Shown here piece after piece: positions 39,164 through 44,186 of a DNA stretch of 44,186 nt. Both the position numbers and the translations under genes were made by a program. Numbering within the stretch: position 1 is the stretch's first letter; each line of letters opens with the position of its first letter. The stretch spans positions 1-44,186 of the forward strand of contig CALYOL010000001.1 of the NCBI GenBank assembly GCA_945231345.1, read 5' to 3'. This DNA comes from an uncultured Porphyromonadaceae bacterium. Lineage in GTDB: Bacteria > Bacteroidota > Bacteroidia > Bacteroidales > Muribaculaceae. The notes below the pieces were generated by a model that ran no database searches, was not told where the DNA came from, and saw nothing but the letters and a program-made list of their open reading frames with translations.

Positions 39164-42100
39164 CTAATAATTATTATAAAACCAGTTGTTTACATTCTTG
39201 CATGAGAACAATCTAGACGGGTTGTTAATCGTGTAAACATAACGAGACCAACGCGGACCCATATTCAAGTATGCCCTATTGGAAACGGTGTATTCCGCTT
39301 TCTTGAAGTTGTAGGCATTCACGCGGAACGATGTAACATTTATTTTTGTGATATTGTTCCAGCGTGGGATAAAGTCAAGGTAAGGGCCACGAGTGCCTTT
39401 GGTGTAACGCCCATTCTTGTCAACCCCCGTGATTACTTGATTATAATTTATTTCAACAATATTGTGTCGATTGTTGCCCACAAGACCCAACAAAATATCC
39501 TCGCTTCGTTCTTCCTGAGGACGAGTGTAATCTTTGGGTATATTGTCGAAACTCGACCACATCGTAGTCTTCCCGCGAGTAGCGGCGTTGTTGAATGGAG
39601 AGCCCCAAAGAATTCCCAATTGATAATACGGCACCTCTATGCGAACATTAGAATTTAGTCGGGAGGTGGCAGTAATGTACACACCGGCATTAGCATTCAT
39701 CAACTGTTCCACGGCGTTTGCTGCAGAGGAGTAGAATTCACCTTTTCCGTAACTCAAAATTTGTTGTAACTCACAACGGAATTTGGAGTCAAATTCATCG
39801 ACAGCGGAATAAACGGCATAAAGGTCCAAAATAAGATTTATTGCACGAGAGTCATCGTCTTTACCTGACGTAAATAACTTGTATGCACGTTCTCGTCCGC
39901 CGAATGCGTAGTTGTATTTTGCATCAGTCATTTGCGGGAGAGGGAACTGACAATCGTTATTCCACTGGGATTGATCATAAATAGACATTGCTTTCACCTT
40001 TTCGTAGTCGGCCATAGAGCCGTAACTTGTCTTGTAGGCGCCCTCGTAAACGCCTCCGCGGTCGTAATAGATGAGCGACTGAGCCGTGGTGGCATTTACC
40101 GCCAGACGTTTGTTTGTAAGATTCCAACCGCCAACAAGTCCGTAGTTACTCATATAAGTAATATAGGTGTACGGGTCTTGATAACGCATCGGATTTACTC
40201 CTTCATCAGTCATATATTTCTTATAGAATGAGAGACCGCGAGCATTGCCTTTCCAAGCGGAGGTTTTCATGGTGACACTGTTTAAGCGAATGCCAACGAA
40301 AGGCTTCTCGTAGTCAACCTGCTTACCCTTGTTATAGCCGCAATGGTAATACCCGTCTTTCGACTCCAGCAACAAATTGACTATATTGGTTGTGTCGGCG
40401 ACTATCACTGTAGATACCCTCCTTACGGATTTCTGTTGCCTTGGGTCCCATACAAAGGTTACTTTCGATTCGGAGCGCGAAACCACATAGTTGAGTTGCA
40501 GACGATAGTCGGAGTTATTATATACTTTAGCGTCAAACTCGCCACCTTTGACGGTCATATTGCAAGTGCTGTCGGTTACAACCCAATATGCGTCTTTTTC
40601 TTCGACTAATTGCCAACCTCTATTTCTATCCATATATCTTTCCAACTTCCAGCGCAATTTGCCTTTCTTGAAAGTTTTGCCTGAAATGTCGCTCAGGAAT
40701 GCGATGTTTGGAGACTTAATATCCGCACTGTAGGCAGGGATGTATTTGTCGTGCTTAAGTTGGTTGTAATTCGACGGATATGCGATAGCCACATACTGTT
40801 GCAAATCTTCCGGATTGTCGTCCAACTCCTGTTTCGGACCGGTGCAGAAGTAATACACCTTTGTCTGCTCCCATTTCACATTTTCATATTTTTTCTTGGT
40901 TTCGTTCCACTTAAGAGGGTCAACTTCTTGTCCGTTTTCTATTTCTTTCGCCCAGCCGACAAACACCATGCGATAGAACTTGTTAGGATTGAGTTCAGTC
41001 ATATTTATTTGATGGTTGAAGCGCGATGTGCCTTTGATTTTAAATCCGATGCAACGGTCGTAGTTTTTCAGATTATTTGTCGCTTTGCTGTATTCATAAA
41101 GTAATACCGTGGTGTTCATATCAAATACGAATGTGCGACTTGCTTGTGCTTTGAGTTTTTCTTTGTCGCCATTGAAATCTTTAGCCAATCGATTCAATTC
41201 GGTTTCGTCGAGCACACGGAAGTGTTCCTTGATAGGGGCTTCGGTGTTGATGTATGGCGTAATGAAAAACTTTGGATTGATTGCATTTTCTTTTTTCCAT
41301 CCATTGGCCTTAATAGTATCTCCCATAGAGCACTCACCAAAGAGTTTGAAATTGTCAAGGGCGTTGCCGTAGAAAAGATCGCAACGGTCGCCACATTCAA
41401 ATTCAAACTTTCTGTTAATCTTGACAAGACCTGCCAGCAAATTCAATTTCACACGAGCCTCACCGGTAAAGTAGGTTGGATTGGGAAGTCCCATTCTAAA
41501 CACACCACCAATTCCGGCATCTACGATGTCAAACTTTTTGTCCCAGAATCCGAGGTTGACATGTATTCCAAACTTGGCATATATGTAGGCATACAACTGT
41601 CCTTCGGCATACCAGCCTTTGTAGCCGGGTGTGCGAGGAATATTCATACACGGTGTGTTACCCATATTGCGAACACACACATCAAATCCTGCCAATACAC
41701 CCATGTCTCCATAGAACAATCCGAGGTTGAAGTCGAGGTAACCCCAAGCGGAAGCACCCATCATAACTCCTCCATTGACTTGCGCCTGGAAATCTTTGAG
41801 AGCGGCAGTGCGGGCATTGTTAGCCTTGCTAATGTCGGCACTTTCCACACCGCTTCCCTTTGTGGAACCATCGAGGAACTGACGAATCTTGCTCGGAATG
41901 GGCGGCAACTCACCGTTGCCCGGCAATTCGTTACCTACACAAAGATATGCGTTGGCACCGATGTTTACACTCACAATCTTGGATTTGAAATCCACTAACA
42001 CGAATTTGCATCGCAAGTCTTCGTCGGGCTGTCCCAGATAGAGATGCCATTTCACTTTGTCGAGTTTCTTCCCTTTCTCCTTCATCGTGATGCGGAAGTC

Positions 42101-44186
42101 CAGGGCGACAGACCCTTTGCCCACCGTTGGTTTCTCGGGGGTTTTAGCATTGGTTTCTTCATCGGCTTTTGATTCCGACTGGTCGTCGAATGCCGCTTCC
42201 AATCCTCCTTTTGCGTTGCTTACAGGTTTCTCCATTTTTGGGTTGAGCTTGCCCTGCAGGTAAGCCAACTCTGAAGACAAAGCAGTCATTTTTTCGCTCA
42301 CTCCGCCTATGCCATCGGCTTTGGCATCTACAGTGATGTTGAGTGCAAAGTATTTGTCGTTTGTGTCCTCTTGATAAACGATAGTGGCTTTGGATTTAAT
42401 CAAATCATTCACGGCACTCAGGCGGCCTGTAAGCATAAACGTGGTGAGTCGTTTGGTCTCCTTGTTATAAACAACTGTCATTTCAAAATTGCCGTCCATC
42501 AAGCCTTCTCCGGCAGATGAACAAAGTCCCATTCCTGCCACCACTCCAATGACGCCTTTTTGAGGCTCGGCTTCTGTTTCCGATTTGCGAACGCAGTTGA
42601 AATAGAATCCGGCAGAGATACTTGTGATAGCAACAGGTGGAATTTCAATGCCGTAGGAACTGCCTAACGAAGCATAAAAATAGCCCCACTTGTAGTCTTT
42701 GAGTTGGTAATATCCACCCGTTGCTTCAGCGGTGAAGAGGTCGCCGGGCATGGTGAAAGAGAGCGTTCCCTTGTAGCCTTTTCCATATTTGGCGTCATCA
42801 CTTGCTCTCAACGTGCCACTCAACTTCATTCCGGCAAAAGAAGAATTAAACGACGCTTCATCAAACTTGGTACTTTCGTACTTAAAGGCGATTTTGGAGA
42901 AATCAAAGTTCTTGGCTACGTTAGTCACACCGCTCAATTTAGCACTGATTGTAATCCCGGCATCGGCACTGATGGCAAGACCGTCGATGAATTTTACGCC
43001 GCCTTTTACCGACATTGTCAACAACTCGTTTTTGAAGTCGAAGTCGTATTTTTCAATAGAAAATTCAAACGGACCAAGTTTCTTTGCCATTGAAGCCAAC
43101 GACCACTCTCCGGTGCTGAAATAGAATTGGTTCTTGATGTTAAATTCCTTCCCTTTGTAGAGCGTCGTAATCTTTTTCTTAGTGTCGGTCGCGGTTTGCA
43201 ATTCTTTGATATCTTCAAACTGCGATTTCCATACCGGACAGTTGGCAAGACGCATTTTTGAGAAATGGATATCCGGCAGTTCAAATGGAAGCGGCAAATT
43301 CTTCATCTTGCTCTTCATCGCTTCGCCGCCGATGCTGAGGTCGCCGGTCAAGAGCAATTCTACGCGGGTTTTCAATTCTTCCTTTTCGGGAACCGCCTCA
43401 ACGAGCATATAACTTAACTGCTTGTCAAATTCGGCGGTTGCAAGCAGGAAGTCCAGTTTTAATTTGTCCACTTGCTGCACTTTGAAAACGTAGGCATAGT
43501 TTCCTGCCTTACTGTTCTTCAAGTTGTTTATTTTAAGGATTTGGCAAGCATAACCTAACTTTCCGTCAAGCAGCGGAACATCAAACTTTCCACTGAATCC
43601 ACATTCATTGAAGTCGTTTTGGATAAATGTGGCGTGCACCTTGTCCAGCGAGAATGCCCAGCCACCGGCTTTACCGGTTTTGGCAGAAAGGATGTCGTCG
43701 GCCTCGATTTCGAGAGTAACGCCGGAATCGTCGAAGAACATATTTTTTGTGGCAATCTTAAGACGTTTGTCGCCCGAAGTGCCAAATTCCAACGATTTGG
43801 GCATTTTCACGCTTATTTCTTTGATATAAAGTCCCTGCCATGTGTTTATCTGTCCGGCAATCAGGGTCCTTGATTTGTCGTACTTGTTAGGGAATTTCCC
43901 CATTTGTTCCGAATTGCGAAAAATAGAGTGGTCATACACTATATTTTGTGCGGTGAATGTCCAGCCCGGGAGGTCTTCCGCTTGGAATGGGTCGATGGAC
44001 ACATTATCCACCATCCAGTCTTCCCAATCTCCGATGCTTGTCTTGATGTTTAACACCGGACATTCTGCTTGTGCCACTCCATTGATGTCTTTCTTCAATC
44101 CCGGGATTTTCATATCCACATCTACACCCAGAAGTTCAAACTTATCGGCATGCCATGAAACATAGCAACCATCTTTTGGGTTAATC
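39164..44186 (-). CDS. Giant protein of unknown function, 5'-truncated by the window edge (at least 1673 aa visible)
   Basis: A single uninterrupted ORF. The track starts it at GTG 44119, but the same frame has no stop from 44120 to 44186 (...INPKDGCYVSWHADKFELLGVDV-DMKIPG...) and no signal peptide follows 44119. The true start is therefore probably outside the window. I found no recognisable catalytic or nucleotide-binding motifs. Confidence 0.8.
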   Translation of the reverse strand, partial: INPKDGCYVSWHADKFELLGVDVDMKIPGLKKDINGVAQAECPVLNIKTSIGDWEDWMVDNVSIDPFQAEDLPGWTFTAQNIVYDHSIFRNSEQMGKFPNKYDKSRTLIAGQINTWQGLYIKEISVKMPKSLEFGTSGDKRLKIATKNMFFDDSGVTLEIEADDILSAKTGKAGGWAFSLDKVHATFIQNDFNECGFSGKFDVPLLDGKLGYACQILKINNLKNSKAGNYAYVFKVQQVDKLKLDFLLATAEFDKQLSYMLVEAVPEKEELKTRVELLLTGDLSIGGEAMKSKMKNLPLPFELPDIHFSKMRLANCPVWKSQFEDIKELQTATDTKKKITTLYKGKEFNIKNQFYFSTGEWSLASMAKKLGPFEFSIEKYDFDFKNELLTMSVKGGVKFIDGLAISADAGITISAKLSGVTNVAKNFDFSKIAFKYESTKFDEASFNSSFAGMKLSGTLRASDDAKYGKGYKGTLSFTMPGDLFTAEATGGYYQLKDYKWGYFYASLGSSYGIEIPPVAITSISAGFYFNCVRKSETEAEPQKGVIGVVAGMGLCSSAGEGLMDGNFEMTVVYNKETKRLTTFMLTGRLSAVNDLIKSKATIVYQEDTNDKYFALNITVDAKADGIGGVSEKMTALSSELAYLQGKLNPKMEKPVSNAKGGLEAAFDDQSESKADEETNAKTPEKPTVGKGSVALDFRITMKEKGKKLDKVKWHLYLGQPDEDLRCKFVLVDFKSKIVSVNIGANAYLCVGNELPGNGELPPIPSKIRQFLDGSTKGSGVESADISKANNARTAALKDFQAQVNGGVMMGASAWGYLDFNLGLFYGDMGVLAGFDVCVRNMGNTPCMNIPRTPGYKGWYAEGQLYAYIYAKFGIHVNLGFWDKKFDIVDAGIGGVFRMGLPNPTYFTGEARVKLNLLAGLVKINRKFEFECGDRCDLFYGNALDNFKLFGECSMGDTIKANGWKKENAINPKFFITPYINTEAPIKEHFRVLDETELNRLAKDFNGDKEKLKAQASRTFVFDMNTTVLLYEYSKATNNLKNYDRCIGFKIKGTSRFNHQINMTELNPNKFYRMVFVGWAKEIENGQEVDPLKWNETKKKYENVKWEQTKVYYFCTGPKQELDDNPEDLQQYVAIAYPSNYNQLKHDKYIPAYSADIKSPNIAFLSDISGKTFKKGKLRWKLERYMDRNRGWQLVEEKDAYWVVTDSTCNMTVKGGEFDAKVYNNSDYRLQLNYVVSRSESKVTFVWDPRQQKSVRRVSTVIVADTTNIVNLLLESKDGYYHCGYNKGKQVDYEKPFVGIRLNSVTMKTSAWKGNARGLSFYKKYMTDEGVNPMRYQDPYTYITYMSNYGLVGGWNLTNKRLAVNATTAQSLIYYDRGGVYEGAYKTSYGSMADYEKVKAMSIYDQSQWNNDCQFPLPQMTDAKYNYAFGGRERAYKLFTSGKDDDSRAINLILDLYAVYSAVDEFDSKFRCELQQILSYGKGEFYSSAANAVEQLMNANAGVYITATSRLNSNVRIEVPYYQLGILWGSPFNNAATRGKTTMWSSFDNIPKDYTRPQEERSEDILLGLVGNNRHNIVEINYNQVITGVDKNGRYTKGTRGPYLDFIPRWNNITKINVTSFRVNAYNFKKAEYTVSNRAYLNMGPRWSRYVYTINNPSRLFSCKNVNNWFYNNY

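Noticed and set aside
41144-41998. 284-aa plus-strand ORF inside the giant gene, along with several other 60-130-aa plus-strand ORFs between 39.4 and 44.2 kb
   Set aside because: They are antisense to a long uninterrupted minus-strand ORF. They have odd composition, no promoter box or plausible start context, and no domain resemblance, so I treat them as shadow ORFs.
39164-44186. Assigning the giant protein to SprA/Sov, TamB/AsmA-like, alpha-2-macroglobulin, Rhs/YD or Mfa5-type families
   Set aside because: By eye I found no CxEQ thioester motif, YD repeats, vWA MIDAS (DxSxS) motif, T9SS C-terminal domain pattern or DUF490-like C-terminus. The gene context (FN3 protein, lipoproteins, DUF1573) also does not match those systems. 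I cannot exclude remote homology without profile searches.
33061-44186. Calling the 11-kb cluster a horizontally acquired island or mobile element
   Set aside because: No integrase, transposase, tRNA target or flanking direct repeats are visible in the window. Base composition does not look clearly different from the housekeeping part, and the right boundary is outside the window.
1-44186. CRISPR arrays, tRNA/rRNA/tmRNA/RNase P/SRP RNA genes, and IS elements
   Set aside because: I scanned all intergenic gaps longer than 100 bp (8400-8521, 9041-9392, 11229-11825, 16417-16599, 18406-18645, 29700-29901, 32689-33171). There were no regularly spaced repeats, cloverleaf-compatible segments or conserved RNA motifs.

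Overview
The window looks like chromosomal DNA from a Bacteroidota (Bacteroidales-like) bacterium. Supporting this, TAnnTTTG -7 promoter boxes sit 20-110 nt upstream of many genes, Shine-Dalgarno sequences are absent, and the gene content fits (Na+-pumping methylmalonyl-CoA decarboxylase operon, DUF1573, PF14121-type porin, long-tailed S16). I found no rRNA, tRNA, CRISPR array, transposase or integrase.

Positions 1-32.7 kb are densely packed housekeeping and envelope genes:
- rpsP, a CvfB-like S1 protein, a BASS-fold transporter, a SotB-like MFS transporter and capA
- folD, ffh, panD, panC, a GNAT, lpxH, a DUF59 Fe-S protein and a small OM beta-barrel
- the mce-mmdA-(LTD-OadG)-BCCP-mmdB operon
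- an M28 peptidase, aspS, Nif3 and a zinc-ribbon protein
- a five-gene envelope operon (AmgK-like kinase fused to a RapZ C-terminal domain, MurU-like, glf, Kdo/WaaP-family kinase, GT2)
- valS, a membrane-anchored SBP-like protein and a putative porin

The unusual part is the right-hand 11 kb (33061-44186, minus strand). It is one tightly spaced operon made up only of exported proteins with no function I can recognise:
- a giant ORF of more than 1670 aa that is still open at the window edge
- a roughly six-module FN3-like protein of 788 aa
- a Big_2-type lipoprotein of 235 aa
- a 789-aa lipoprotein with a Gly-rich amphipathic block
- a DUF1573 protein
- possibly a 19-aa hydrophobic peptide

The operon ends at a clear Rho-independent terminator. 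I see no catalytic, nucleotide-binding or known secretion-machine motif in any of these proteins. This operon is my candidate for an undescribed cell-surface or envelope system.

Secondary points of interest are the AmgK::RapZ-CTD domain fusion and the periplasmic lamin-tail-domain extension on the OadG-like decarboxylase subunit.
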